Shown here one piece after another: positions 8,543 through 17,970 of a DNA stretch of 64,000 bases. The notes under the pieces were generated by a model. It ran no database searches. It was given only the letters and a program-made list of their open reading frames with translations, and had not been told where the DNA came from. How positions within the stretch are numbered: the first letter of the stretch is position 1; the number at the start of each line of letters is the position of its first letter. The position numbers were made by a program, and so were the translations under genes. The DNA is from Thermoplasmata archaeon (GTDB lineage: Archaea; Thermoplasmatota; Thermoplasmata; Lutacidiplasmatales; UBA184). Location of the stretch: positions 11,225-75,224 of the forward strand of contig DATKQS010000024.1 of assembly GCA_035532555.1 (NCBI GenBank). Direction: 5' to 3'.

Positions 8543-9862
8543 GTGAAACTTCCGGCGGTGGCGTGGAAGATTCTCCTCGCCGGGATCCTTCTTCGAGAGG
8601 CGTTCTCGTTCTGGACCGGAAACCCGTACGACCTTGAGGTCTGGATCCGTACGGGCCATGCCGCCGCGCAGGGCATCAACCCGTACGTGTCGTTCTGGCC
8701 GCCGGTTCCCTCGGTCAGCTTCGCCTTCTTGAACACCAATCTGCCGTCGGCAGCCTACCTTCCGTTCTGGCCCGCCGTCCTCGGGGAGATCTATCGGCTG
8801 TGGGAGGTAATCGGAGGCGGTAATCGCTTCGTCCTGTACTTCCTCATCAAGCAGCCGCCGATCCTGGGAGACGCCCTCACGGCGGTGCTCCTGTACGGAC
8901 TGACCCTGCGCTGGACCGGAAGGAGCGCGTCCGCGCTCGGGGCGCTCGCGTTCTGGTCGCTCTTCCCCTATGCGATCCTGATCTCGGCGATCTGGGGCCA
9001 GTTCGATTCGCTCGTGGTCGCCGCGATCCTCGCCGGTTTCTGGTACCGCAATCCGATCGAACGAAACCTCCTGTACGGCGTCGGCATCTTCGTGAAACTG
9101 ATCACGGCGATCTACCTCCCGCTCGAGTTCTTCCGGGCGCGCGGCGTGCGCCGGTTAACTTTCCTCGTGGCCCTTGCCGTCCCGGTCGCGTTGACCGTCC
9201 TTGTGCTCACCGCGGAAGGGTGGGGGTTCGGCGGGATCACGTCGACCGGACAATCCCAAAGTGCTGGGGGGGGCGGTGGAATGAACCTCGCGGGCGTGCT
9301 GACCGCGGCGCCCTTGGTGACCGTCCTCTCGACGGTCCCTCACTTGTTCACGTTGTTCTCCTACTTGTGGGTGCCCGGCGCGATCCTGGCCGGCTATGTG
9401 GCCGCTCGGTGGATCCGCCCGAACGACCCTCAGACGGAGTTGCGCGCCATGATGCTCGTCACGACTGTGTTCCTGCTGTTGCGCTGGGGCCTCTACGAAC
9501 AGTACATGATCTACATCTTTGCCCTGATGGCCCTCGACAGCGCGGCGTTCCATCCGGACCGCCGATCGTACCTCGTCTACCTCTGGTTGCTCTCGCTGGT
9601 CTTCCTGCTCATCAACAACGACCTCGGAGCCCGATTCGTCACCCCGCTCGACACCAATCTCTGGCCCACGCTCAGCAACTTCGACCAGAGTTCCGTCTAC
9701 GGGACCGTCCGATCCTGGGCGCTCGAGATCCTGGACGTGGTCGTCACGTTGAGCCTCGTCCAGTGGATCGTCGAGCTGGTACGGGACGGCGCTCGTCCCG
9801 TCCCGTGGCTTTGGCCGTGGACGAAATCCGCCGCGCTCGCCGCTCGGCCCTCCGAACCGTGA
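8543..9862 (+). CDS. Polytopic membrane protein, GT-C-fold glycosyltransferase-like (DUF2029 / PMT / mannosyltransferase-like)
   Basis: About 11-12 TM helices. N-terminal loop with the conserved D/E (WTGNPYDLEVW). Aromatic- and Pro-rich loops typical of GT-C enzymes. Lies in a glycosyltransferase neighbourhood. Confidence 0.55.
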   Translation: MKLPAVAWKILLAGILLREAFSFWTGNPYDLEVWIRTGHAAAQGINPYVSFWPPVPSVSFAFLNTNLPSAAYLPFWPAVLGEIYRLWEVIGGGNRFVLYFLIKQPPILGDALTAVLLYGLTLRWTGRSASALGALAFWSLFPYAILISAIWGQFDSLVVAAILAGFWYRNPIERNLLYGVGIFVKLITAIYLPLEFFRARGVRRLTFLVALAVPVALTVLVLTAEGWGFGGITSTGQSQSAGGGGGMNLAGVLTAAPLVTVLSTVPHLFTLFSYLWVPGAILAGYVAARWIRPNDPQTELRAMMLVTTVFLLLRWGLYEQYMIYIFALMALDSAAFHPDRRSYLVYLWLLSLVFLLINNDLGARFVTPLDTNLWPTLSNFDQSSVYGTVRSWALEILDVVVTLSLVQWIVELVRDGARPVPWLWPWTKSAALAARPSEP

Positions 9863-11040
9863 ACGGACCGGGCGTTCCCCACGCGGGGAGCGATCTCCGC
9901 ATCGTGGAACTCACCCAACGATTCCCCCCAGCCATCGGGGGAGTCGAGCGGCACGTGAAGGACCTGGCGACGAACCTCCACCGGACAGGAGCGTCGGTAG
10001 AAGTCATTACGTCGGATCTCTACCGCGACCGCCCGTTCACGCGTCTCTTCACCGCGTCGGAACCGCTCCCATTTCCGGTACGGCGGCATCGAGCGTTCCG
10101 CGGCTTTCCGGCCCCCCACGGACTCGGGATCGCTGCTCCCGGCATGGCGTGGGACGCCCTGCGCCTCACTCACGCAATCGTCCACGCCCACGCCTTCGGC
10201 TTCTTCCCTACGTGGGCCGGGCGCCTGGCCCAGCAACTCCGAGGGTTGCCACTGGTCATCACTCCGCATTTCGACGGAGGATCGGGCTCCCGACTCTACG
10301 CTCGAGCGGTGGCACGAGGGACGTTAGCCGGGGCAGACCGGGTGGTCGCGCTGACCCAGAGCGAGGCCATCTCGTTGGCGACCCTCGGAGTGGATCGCGA
10401 ACGGATTCGGGTGATTCCCAACGGGATCGGAACGGAGGATTTCCTCCCGAGGCGCGGTCCCAGGCCCGATGCCGGTCCGGTCACAATCCTCTACGTCGGC
10501 CGCATCGACCCCGAGCAGAAGGGACTCGACGATCTCCTTCGTGCAGTGGCTCTGCTGGAACGACCGGAGGCGGTATCGGTTCGACTGGTCGGGGAAGACT
10601 GGGGAGGAGCTACTGCCCTTCGATCTTTGGCAACGGGACTCGGGATCGACCACGTGATCATCTGGACGGGCGCCGTACCCCAGGACTCCCTCCGGCGCGA
10701 ATACGCCTCGGCGGACCTCTTCGTTCTCCCCTCCCACTTTGAGCCGTTCGGGATCGTGCTGTTGGAGGCGATGGCGGCGGGCCTACCGGTGCTCGCGACA
10801 CGGGTTGGAGGCATTCCGGAGGTCGTAGCGGACGGGGTCACGGGATCGCTGGTCCCATCGGGAGATCCTTCGGCCCTAGCCCACGCCCTCGACCGGCTGG
10901 CCTCCGATCCCTTGCTTCGGACCCGGCTGGGCGATTGTGGGCGCACGCGGGCACTCGATTTCAGCTGGCCGCGTTTGATCCCGAAATTTCTCGAGCTGTT
11001 CCACGAACTCGTCCGTGACGCATCTGGGTCCAGGCTCTGA
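9859..11040 (+). CDS. GT4 (GT-B fold, glycosyltransferase family 1) glycosyltransferase
   Basis: RIVELTQRFPPAIGGVERHV and EPFGIVLLEAMAAGLPVLATRVGGIPEVV are GT4 motifs. GTG start at 9859 overlaps the TGA of the upstream gene (GTGA). The long ORF 9220..11040 upstream of this is out-of-frame overlap with the GT-C gene. Confidence 0.75.
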   Translation: MNGPGVPHAGSDLRIVELTQRFPPAIGGVERHVKDLATNLHRTGASVEVITSDLYRDRPFTRLFTASEPLPFPVRRHRAFRGFPAPHGLGIAAPGMAWDALRLTHAIVHAHAFGFFPTWAGRLAQQLRGLPLVITPHFDGGSGSRLYARAVARGTLAGADRVVALTQSEAISLATLGVDRERIRVIPNGIGTEDFLPRRGPRPDAGPVTILYVGRIDPEQKGLDDLLRAVALLERPEAVSVRLVGEDWGGATALRSLATGLGIDHVIIWTGAVPQDSLRREYASADLFVLPSHFEPFGIVLLEAMAAGLPVLATRVGGIPEVVADGVTGSLVPSGDPSALAHALDRLASDPLLRTRLGDCGRTRALDFSWPRLIPKFLELFHELVRDASGSRL

Positions 11041-11518
11041 TGGACGTGAATGACACGCTCAGCGTCGCCCGCCTCATAGGCGATGCGGGGTGGCCCCACA
11101 GTGAGATGACCACCACGCCCTGCGAATCGAAACGCAGCCCGGGTTGCGGGGATATCCCCCGGCGGGGTTTCGGAGCCTGCGTTCTTCAAAACAAAGCCGG
11201 GGTGTGGGGAAGAGCTCGGATAACGGATTACCGGCTCGCCGTGGCGACGCCGCGCTCCGCGCTCCCCGAAGGGGGCGTAGTGCGACTTTGTGAGTCACTC
11301 GGGCGCGGTGTTTGACGGCCGCACGGCAAAACGACAATCGTACCGGCGCGGGGTGCCCGCCGAAGCCATCGACCTGCTCCTGGTCCATCGCGCTGCCAAG
11401 TCGCTCGGAGAGACATGGGATCGGAGTGCTGCGAGGCAGGGTCTCCATGTTGATGGCCTGCGCATGAGGGGAGCGCGAAGGCGCGCCACGAAAGCGGGAT
11501 GGCGGCAGTGCGGTAGGC

Positions 11519-11746
11519 CTATGCGCCGTTTGGATAGAGCGTGGAAATCAGTTCGAGGACTTGGGGCGTGCTGTATCCCGCGCGAGCCACGACTCGATCC
11601 TGGGTTCGGACTCGCTTAATCCCGAAGAACGTTCGGCTCACGAAAAGGAGGTAGGAATACCGCTTCATCGTGAAGCCGACGATTGCGCCCCCCGGTTCCA
11701 TCAAAATCTTGATAGTGTGATGTTCCGCAATCCAGCGCCGCACCAT
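11519..11746 (-). CDS. Hypothetical small protein in a locally low-GC patch (possible gene remnant)
   Basis: 75-aa ORF (MVRRWIAEHHTIKILMEPGGAIVGF...) inside a ~280-bp stretch of clearly lower GC, in the otherwise gene-free 11.04-11.9 kb interval. Confidence 0.25.
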   Translation of the reverse strand: MVRRWIAEHHTIKILMEPGGAIVGFTMKRYSYLLFVSRTFFGIKRVRTQDRVVARAGYSTPQVLELISTLYPNGA

Positions 11747-11905
11747 AGGCCCGGAAGCGATACAGACATTCTGACATATAGCAGATCGGCGGACAGAACT
11801 GCATCCACCCGACGACCGCCGAGCGGAGGGGGGCGTCTGCCCGGTGACCGCCGATCCGTCCCGCGGTCCCTTTCCAGGCGCGTCGGTGGCCCTACGCCCG
11901 ACCGA

Positions 11906-13138
11906 TCACGGGCCTGCGCTCGCCGCATGCGTATCGTGGCGAGAGAGGACCATCAGGAAAGAGTCCCCGAGAGATCGAAACGGCCCCCAGCGACCAATCC
12001 GCTCGTCCCAATGCGCAAGGAGGTCGAAGCGTCGCGAGAACCGTTCGACCCACTTCGCTCGGTTCGGCGGCGGGAGGAGGACTGTAACTCCTTCCAGCCA
12101 TTCCATTGAGAACTCCTCCTCGAAGCTCCGGCGAAACTCGTCGGGAGAATAGGCGTACGCGTCCACGCGGAAGCGGGAGAACCCAGCCCGGACGTGTCCT
12201 CGTACACGGCCCTGCACCTGACGGAATCGCCCCGAGAGACCGTACGCCATGATGTCGAACAGGCACCAGCGATTGTAGACCCCCGCTACGAATCGAGCCG
12301 GCGGGCGGAGCAGGGTCCCTAACGCGGCGGACACCGCCCGCAGGTCGGCCTCGCAGTTGAGCGCTCCGTAGGTCGAGTATCCCCCTTCGAACGCTCTGGG
12401 TCCATACTCCGCTTCCAATGTCGATAGCACGGACGCGCCAAGTCGCCGGGTCCGCAACCGCTCCCCGACCCCGGCAGCGCGCGCCTTGGACCGGACGATC
12501 TCCAACATGCGTTCTGAGATGTCCACACAGAGAATCTCATGGCCTGCCTCGAGCAGGGGAAGGGTCTCCAGGCCCGTGCCACAACCGATCTCTAGTAGAT
12601 GGTAGGAGGAGCGAAAGCACTCCTCGAGGAGGCGCGACGAGCGCTCGCGGAGCAAACAGCTGATCCGGTTGGTGGCGATCTGTTCGTCATATTCCGGCGC
12701 GATGCTATCGAACTCCGCGGTCAGCCAGCGGAGGTACGAGACTCCGTCGGGGGTCGGCCGGACTTCGGGAGATCCCAACTCGATGCGTAGGACGCGATCG
12801 GACCGTTCGAACCAGCGGGCAGAAGCCGCGTCCCCGTACTTTAATCGGAACAGCCCCAACACGCGAGCCCTCTCCTCCGGAGCGGAGAGGAGGTAGGGGG
12901 CTCCCTCTAACGTCCCTGCCGAAACATGGACGCGAGCCATTCCACGTCGCAGAACCTCGACCGGCCACACCGCTGAAGGATCCGAAGCGACGAGAAATAT
13001 CGTGGTCGATTCTCGAACGAACCGCAACGGGACCCGCCCGGAGGCAAGGAGGAGCTGGAGGAGATCCGGCTCCCCCGGCTCAGAGGTCACAAATCGCTCA
13101 TGCACAGAGGTCGCTCCGATTTCCCGAGGATCCGGCAC
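11906..13138 (-). CDS. Two-domain protein: N-terminal ~170-aa domain of unknown function fused to a class I SAM-dependent methyltransferase
   Basis: The MTase motif I (LLEIGCGTGLETLPLLEAGHEILCVDISERML) is in the central part. The N-terminal ~170 aa (ending ...DSIAPEYDEQIA) has no recognisable motif. Confidence 0.7.
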   Translation of the reverse strand: MPDPREIGATSVHERFVTSEPGEPDLLQLLLASGRVPLRFVRESTTIFLVASDPSAVWPVEVLRRGMARVHVSAGTLEGAPYLLSAPEERARVLGLFRLKYGDAASARWFERSDRVLRIELGSPEVRPTPDGVSYLRWLTAEFDSIAPEYDEQIATNRISCLLRERSSRLLEECFRSSYHLLEIGCGTGLETLPLLEAGHEILCVDISERMLEIVRSKARAAGVGERLRTRRLGASVLSTLEAEYGPRAFEGGYSTYGALNCEADLRAVSAALGTLLRPPARFVAGVYNRWCLFDIMAYGLSGRFRQVQGRVRGHVRAGFSRFRVDAYAYSPDEFRRSFEEEFSMEWLEGVTVLLPPPNRAKWVERFSRRFDLLAHWDERIGRWGPFRSLGDSFLMVLSRHDTHAASAGP

Positions 13139-13472
13139 GACCGCATGTAGGTACGAAGGGTTGAGGTCATGGTGGAAGGATAGGCGTTCGTCTGTGCCGT
13201 GGATGTCTAAGCGGGTATATCACCGCCTCCGCCACGGCAGACGCGCTCGCGAGCAGGGCCCGCGGTCTCGCGCTAGAACGATTCGGGACACCACCTGTCG
13301 ATAGCGACGGATCCAATCTGGTGTCGCGGTTTTCTGGCTCGCGCCGCCATTGAAATCGAGGCGACCGAAGAGGACTCACATCGGAGGTCTGTTTCCCTAC
13401 TTCTCGCAGGATTCTACAAGGACGAGCGCAGACCCTTGCGACCGGGCTAGCGAGGGCCGGCGGGTGGGGCAC

Positions 13473-14411
13473 TCACACTCCCTTCCCATCGGGTGGGCTT
13501 GTGGAGGACGGCCGTAGACCTTCATGATATCCTTGGATGAGCGCGATGAAAAGAGCCATGGGTCGGCCATCTGGGCGCACGATCGCGGCCAGCATCTTGG
13601 GGACCAAGAACCCGAGGGCGTGGTAGCTCGCGCGTACCACGAAGAGCGGACGAGTACCGTTCCACCGTCGGTGGAATCGGAGCCAGTCCATCACCTCCAA
13701 GCGCGCGCGTGCGGGGTCACCCACCGTGTGCTCGGCCCAGTATCCCGGAATTCCGGGCGGCTCCACATCGTGCTCCGTGAGGATACCCGTATTCGCGCAG
13801 ACGTACCAGCCGGCCTTCTTCAGGCGCTGGCAAAAGTCCGCTGAGCTGTTCACCGGCAAGCATTCGTCGAATCCGCCGACCTCGCGGAAGGCATCCCAGC
13901 GGACCATAGATAGGTTCGGGAGGGCGTCAGTATCGAGGAGCTTCCCTTCGAGGTCCGGGCGCCGCGGGCGGTTTCGACCGACCAAGGAGAATCCCCACCG
14001 ATCCGTGCGGAATGGGGTCGCGTACACCCAGATGAGCGCGGGACGGCGATGATAGAGGACCGCCGGCATCACCGCGCCACACCGCGGATCTCGATCGAGC
14101 GTGCCAGCGAGTTCTGCGAGAAGCTGAGGTGGGAGGCGATTGTCATCATCGATGAAGACCACGTAGGGGGTCCCGGTCCGGGCAGCTCCCAGGTTCTTCG
14201 CGCGTGAGATGAAGAGCCTACGCTCGGAGCGGATCACAATCAGTGGCAAATCGGGAAACGCTCGATCCCAGGGAACAGGCGGATCGGAGTCGTCCACCAC
14301 CACGACCCGGATCGGGGCTCGACTTTGGACTCGCAAGTCCTGGAGCAGGTTTGTCAACCGCCTGGGACGATCTCGCGTGACGATGACCACGCTGAGGGGT
14401 ACTGCCTCCAT
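13473..14411 (-). CDS. Family-2 glycosyltransferase
   Basis: LSVVIVTRDRPRRLTNLLQDL...VVVVDDSDPP...FIDDDN, the GT2 DxD/DDD signature. Confidence 0.8.
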   Translation of the reverse strand: MEAVPLSVVIVTRDRPRRLTNLLQDLRVQSRAPIRVVVVDDSDPPVPWDRAFPDLPLIVIRSERRLFISRAKNLGAARTGTPYVVFIDDDNRLPPQLLAELAGTLDRDPRCGAVMPAVLYHRRPALIWVYATPFRTDRWGFSLVGRNRPRRPDLEGKLLDTDALPNLSMVRWDAFREVGGFDECLPVNSSADFCQRLKKAGWYVCANTGILTEHDVEPPGIPGYWAEHTVGDPARARLEVMDWLRFHRRWNGTRPLFVVRASYHALGFLVPKMLAAIVRPDGRPMALFIALIQGYHEGLRPSSTSPPDGKGV

Positions 14412-14557
14412 TCCGTGACTCTACCGCATTCCACTTCATCGGGACTTCTATCGGTATCGGCCTCCGGGACATTCTCCTCGAGGAGGGAGGGAGGCGCCCG
14501 CATCAATCGGACGGAGATCTGCGAGCCCGCGACTCCGAATCAACAGGAAGGTTCTCT

Positions 14558-15511
14558 CTACCCGGTCCCCCCGCCGCGGGGAAACATCTCGCGGAGGAGG
14601 CCGGGAACACCTGCTCGATAGCTGGAGTACTGCGTCCTCCAGCCCAGCTCCCTGAGCTTAGCGTTTGAGGTGGGCCGGTCGGCAGCGAGATGTCGCGCGA
14701 CCGTCTCTCCCATCTCACGCACCGCCTCCTCAAGGGCGAGGTTTCGCGGGGGTGGTGCGCCGAGTTCGGCGGCAACAAAATCGGCAAACTCGCGAAGGGG
14801 GGCCGGATGCCCATCCACGACGTTGTACACCTCACCGGCCGACCCCGATTCGAGAACGGTGCGGAACGCTGACCCGGTATCCCACCGGTCGATGAATGAC
14901 CAGCGGTTCGCCCCTTCGCCGACGACCCTGTAATCTCCGACCCGGATCGATTCTGCCATGTAGCGGAACCACGACCCGTTCCCATAGACCATCCCCGGAC
15001 GCACGGCCAGCACCTCCAAACCATCCTGCGTGTTCGCTTCCAAACCGGCCCGCTCCGCGTCGTAGTTGATCTGCGACTCGCCCCGAGGATCGACGGGTGA
15101 GTCCTCACCGATTGGCCCTGGCTGACCGCTGTACACCCAATATCCTGAGCCGATCACGAGACGAGATACCCCTTCCCGTAGAGCTACCTCCACGAGATTC
15201 CGGGCACCCTCAACGCGTACTCTTGTCGGGTCCTCTCCCACCGGAGGGTTCGCTGCCACATGGATAACCCCCGAGCAGCCCGACACGGCCATTAGAAGGG
15301 AGGGAACGTCCAGAATGTCCCCCAGCACCGGGGTTCCTCCATCCTCTGTGACGCGAGCCCCCTTGAGTGGGTCGCGGACGAGGCCTCGCACCTCGTGGCC
15401 GGCCCTCGATAAGGCTCGAACGACCGACCGACCCAGGAAACCGCTGGCACCGACCACGAGAACCCTGTCCACCTTGCCGACCCTGACAGGCGAAGCGACC
15501 GTCGTCGGCAT
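14558..15511 (-). CDS. NAD-dependent epimerase/dehydratase (extended SDR)
   Basis: N-terminal Rossmann motif VLVVGASGFLGRSVVRALSRAGHEVRGLVR, with length and architecture of NAD(P)-dependent sugar epimerases. Confidence 0.8.
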   Translation of the reverse strand: MPTTVASPVRVGKVDRVLVVGASGFLGRSVVRALSRAGHEVRGLVRDPLKGARVTEDGGTPVLGDILDVPSLLMAVSGCSGVIHVAANPPVGEDPTRVRVEGARNLVEVALREGVSRLVIGSGYWVYSGQPGPIGEDSPVDPRGESQINYDAERAGLEANTQDGLEVLAVRPGMVYGNGSWFRYMAESIRVGDYRVVGEGANRWSFIDRWDTGSAFRTVLESGSAGEVYNVVDGHPAPLREFADFVAAELGAPPPRNLALEEAVREMGETVARHLAADRPTSNAKLRELGWRTQYSSYRAGVPGLLREMFPRGGGTG

Positions 15512-15680
15512 AGGAACCTCCGTGGTGTTCGACGACGTTCATGCCGACGGCCCGGTTAACCATTCCGCCCTTTGCACCCGGACTTACGGGACGCCGCGGC
15601 CCGGGCTCGAGGGACGAGGATCCTCCCCATAGGGAGAGTCGCAACTCCTCCTCAACCAGCGGTGGCCAAGGACATGCAGC

Positions 15681-15906
15681 GTCAGGAAAGTGCTTCGTAG
15701 TAGTACTCGCCGACTGACGAGAGCCCGGCCCTTTTCGTCGCTGATCCGGCCCGACTATTCCGACCGCGACATCGCCAACTCTCTGATCGAGACGTGCCGA
15801 CGTAGTCGCTCCGGTCCTCCACCGAAGGCGACGAACCACTTCCCCGGGGCGACGGGAGAACCGTCCCCCGGGATCAACCCTGCCGGCCGGAATCGGCTCC
15901 GCGAGT
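15681..15906. repeat. Repeat copy B: ~80% identical to 2308-2534. It carries the ABCE1-3'-end core (15681-15708) but a unique left flank.
   Basis: Direct alignment with copy A. Conserved blocks (tgccgac; cggtcctccaccgaaggcg; ttccccggggcgacgggaga.ccgtcccccggga) alternate with highly diverged blocks. Confidence 0.8.
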
Positions 15907-16393
15907 GAGAGCCGTGCCGGGGCCAGTGGCTTACTTTGGAGTGGATTACCGTCAGGCGATCCTAGCCCCGGTCATCCTTGGAAGATGCCCGTGCTGGGAT
16001 GCCTTAGGCTCGGCTAACGAACATCGACGCGACGACCCCGAGCCCGGCCAAGTAGCTGACCATCTCGGAATCGGTCGGCCCAAACTTTGCCTGCTGAATC
16101 CTCCTGTCCTTCGAGCCGAGAGCAACCGCGACTACGGTCTTCTTGTGGACGGCCCGCTCTACGCAGATGCCTCCCATTGAGGAGCACCTCAGACTCGGAT
16201 ACAGGAGGGCGGCATGACCCTCCGCGCCGTCAGAGAGAAGATGGCATGTCCTCAGTTCGCGGTGAGATTACGAACCGGTCCATGGAGCGGGAGAGCCTCG
16301 GCCGGCCGGTGCCGCCTTACCGGAACTCCGAAACGTTTCGGCACGTCCTTTAGTTCGAAGCCGCGTCTCCATGCCTTCAGGGACGGGGAAGAC

Positions 16394-16717
16394 ATGTCCG
16401 GGGTCGAGCGCAGCAGTGTCGTTGCCGGTCTCAAAGGGGAACCAGCCGAAGGCGGCCAGCGCGTGCTGGACATCCGGGGGGTAAGCCCCGCCGAGCGCCA
16501 TCCTCGCATCTTCGGAACATTCACCAATCTCGAGTTCGGGGAATCCTTCGTGCTAGTGAATGACCACGACCCGAAGCCGCTCTTCTACCAGCTCCAGGCC
16601 GAATACACTGGCCAGTTTTCCTGGGAGTACCTCGAACAGGGACCGAAAACCTGGCGTGTGCGAATCGGCAAGCAGGGGTCCGCAGTGGACCGGACACCTC
16701 TCCACACTATCCCCTGA
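16394..16717 (+). CDS. DUF2249-domain protein
   Basis: VLDIRGVSPAERHPRIFGTFTNLEFGESFVLVNDHDPKPLFYQLQAEY matches DUF2249, a domain recurrent in NO-response and hemerythrin clusters. Start taken at the internal Met (MSGVER). Confidence 0.6.
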   Translation: MSGVERSSVVAGLKGEPAEGGQRVLDIRGVSPAERHPRIFGTFTNLEFGESFVLVNDHDPKPLFYQLQAEYTGQFSWEYLEQGPKTWRVRIGKQGSAVDRTPLHTIP

Positions 16718-16762
16718 CGGCCGGCGGGGCCGCGGTCGGTAGGATCTTCCCTCGGACGGTGC

Positions 16763-17890
16763 GTGGGACCTCCCGTGGTAACGCGCTCTCGGGTCCGATT
16801 CCTAGGCATCGCCCTGACACTCCTCGCGTTGGCGCTGGGCCTCTGGGCGGCGCTGTGGCTAATCGGGTGGCCGATCCCGCTCCTCAGTACTTCGCTCCCG
16901 GACGCCCACGGCGTTCTGATGGTGAACGGAGTCCTTGCGAGCCTTATCGGCATTGAGCGGGCCGTAGCGCTTGAACAGCGAGTTTTCTATCTCGCCCCAT
17001 TGCTCACCGCCGTCGGTGCGATTTCGCTCGCTCTGAGTGGGGACGCCGCCCTCGCCTTTCCGGTCATCACCAGCGGTGCGGTGGCCCTTCTGCTGATTTT
17101 CCTAGTGATCCTTCGACGCCAGCCCGCGTTGCACACCGTTGTCCAGGTCCTGGGCGCCGCCTGCCTTGTCGGAGGCAACGTCCTGGGCTGGAGCGGGCTC
17201 GACATCCCGTTCCTGATCCCGTGGTGGGGTACCTTCCTGGTCCTCCTGCTTGGGGCCGAGAGGCTGGAACTGAGCCGGGTTCTCCGCCTGAACATGCTCG
17301 ACAAACTCACGTTCGCAATCTCGGTCGCGCTCGCTCTCCTCGGATGTGTCCTCTCCGCCCTCTTTTTCGCGTCCGGGTTTCTGGTGGTAGCCTCAGGATG
17401 GATCCTCGTCGCGGTCTGGCTGTTGTTCCACGACATCGCGTACCAGAACCTTTCGCGACCCGGCCTTCCCCGATTCACGGCGTTCTGTTTGCTCAGCGGC
17501 TATGCGTGGCTCCTTGTGGGCGGAGGGATCGTGTACTCCGAGGGCGGAATCCTTCTCGGATTCTCCTACGATGCGGGCCTCCATGCGGTCTTCCTGGGCT
17601 TCGTCCTCTCGCTGGTGTTTGCCCATTCTCTGATCATTCTGCCCGCGGTTCTGGGCAAGAGGCTCCCATTCCATCGAGTCCTCTACCTTCCGGTCGCACT
17701 CCTGTACACCTCCCTGGCCGCTCGAATCTATGCAGACTTCGGCAGCCTTCCGGTCCTGCGCGAATGGGCCGGCCTGTTCAACGTCGTCGCAATCGTTCTC
17801 TTCGGAGCACTCCTTCCCGCGCTCTACCTCTATGAACGCATTCCGTTCCGACGGGCCTACGGCGTGGATGCTTCGACGTTCTACCCTTGA
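16763..17890 (+). CDS. NnrS-like polytopic membrane protein (12 TM)
   Basis: 375 aa, about 12 TM helices. Conserved His in early TM regions (AHGVLMVNGVL..., AHSLIILPAV), resembling the NnrS family. Immediately downstream of the DUF2249 gene. Confidence 0.5.
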   Translation: MGPPVVTRSRVRFLGIALTLLALALGLWAALWLIGWPIPLLSTSLPDAHGVLMVNGVLASLIGIERAVALEQRVFYLAPLLTAVGAISLALSGDAALAFPVITSGAVALLLIFLVILRRQPALHTVVQVLGAACLVGGNVLGWSGLDIPFLIPWWGTFLVLLLGAERLELSRVLRLNMLDKLTFAISVALALLGCVLSALFFASGFLVVASGWILVAVWLLFHDIAYQNLSRPGLPRFTAFCLLSGYAWLLVGGGIVYSEGGILLGFSYDAGLHAVFLGFVLSLVFAHSLIILPAVLGKRLPFHRVLYLPVALLYTSLAARIYADFGSLPVLREWAGLFNVVAIVLFGALLPALYLYERIPFRRAYGVDASTFYP

Positions 17891-17970
17891 GGTGTCTCTC
17901 AGCAGAGGTGGAGTTCCTCCGTGAACTCGTCGCCATCGTACCGGCCCACACGGACTTGAAATCGGGGCCC

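Noticed and set aside
9220-9858. 5' extension of the GT4 ORF (9220..9858) overlapping the GT-C membrane protein
   Set aside because: A different frame of the real membrane-protein gene. The GT4 domain begins only after a GTG at 9859 that overlaps the upstream stop.
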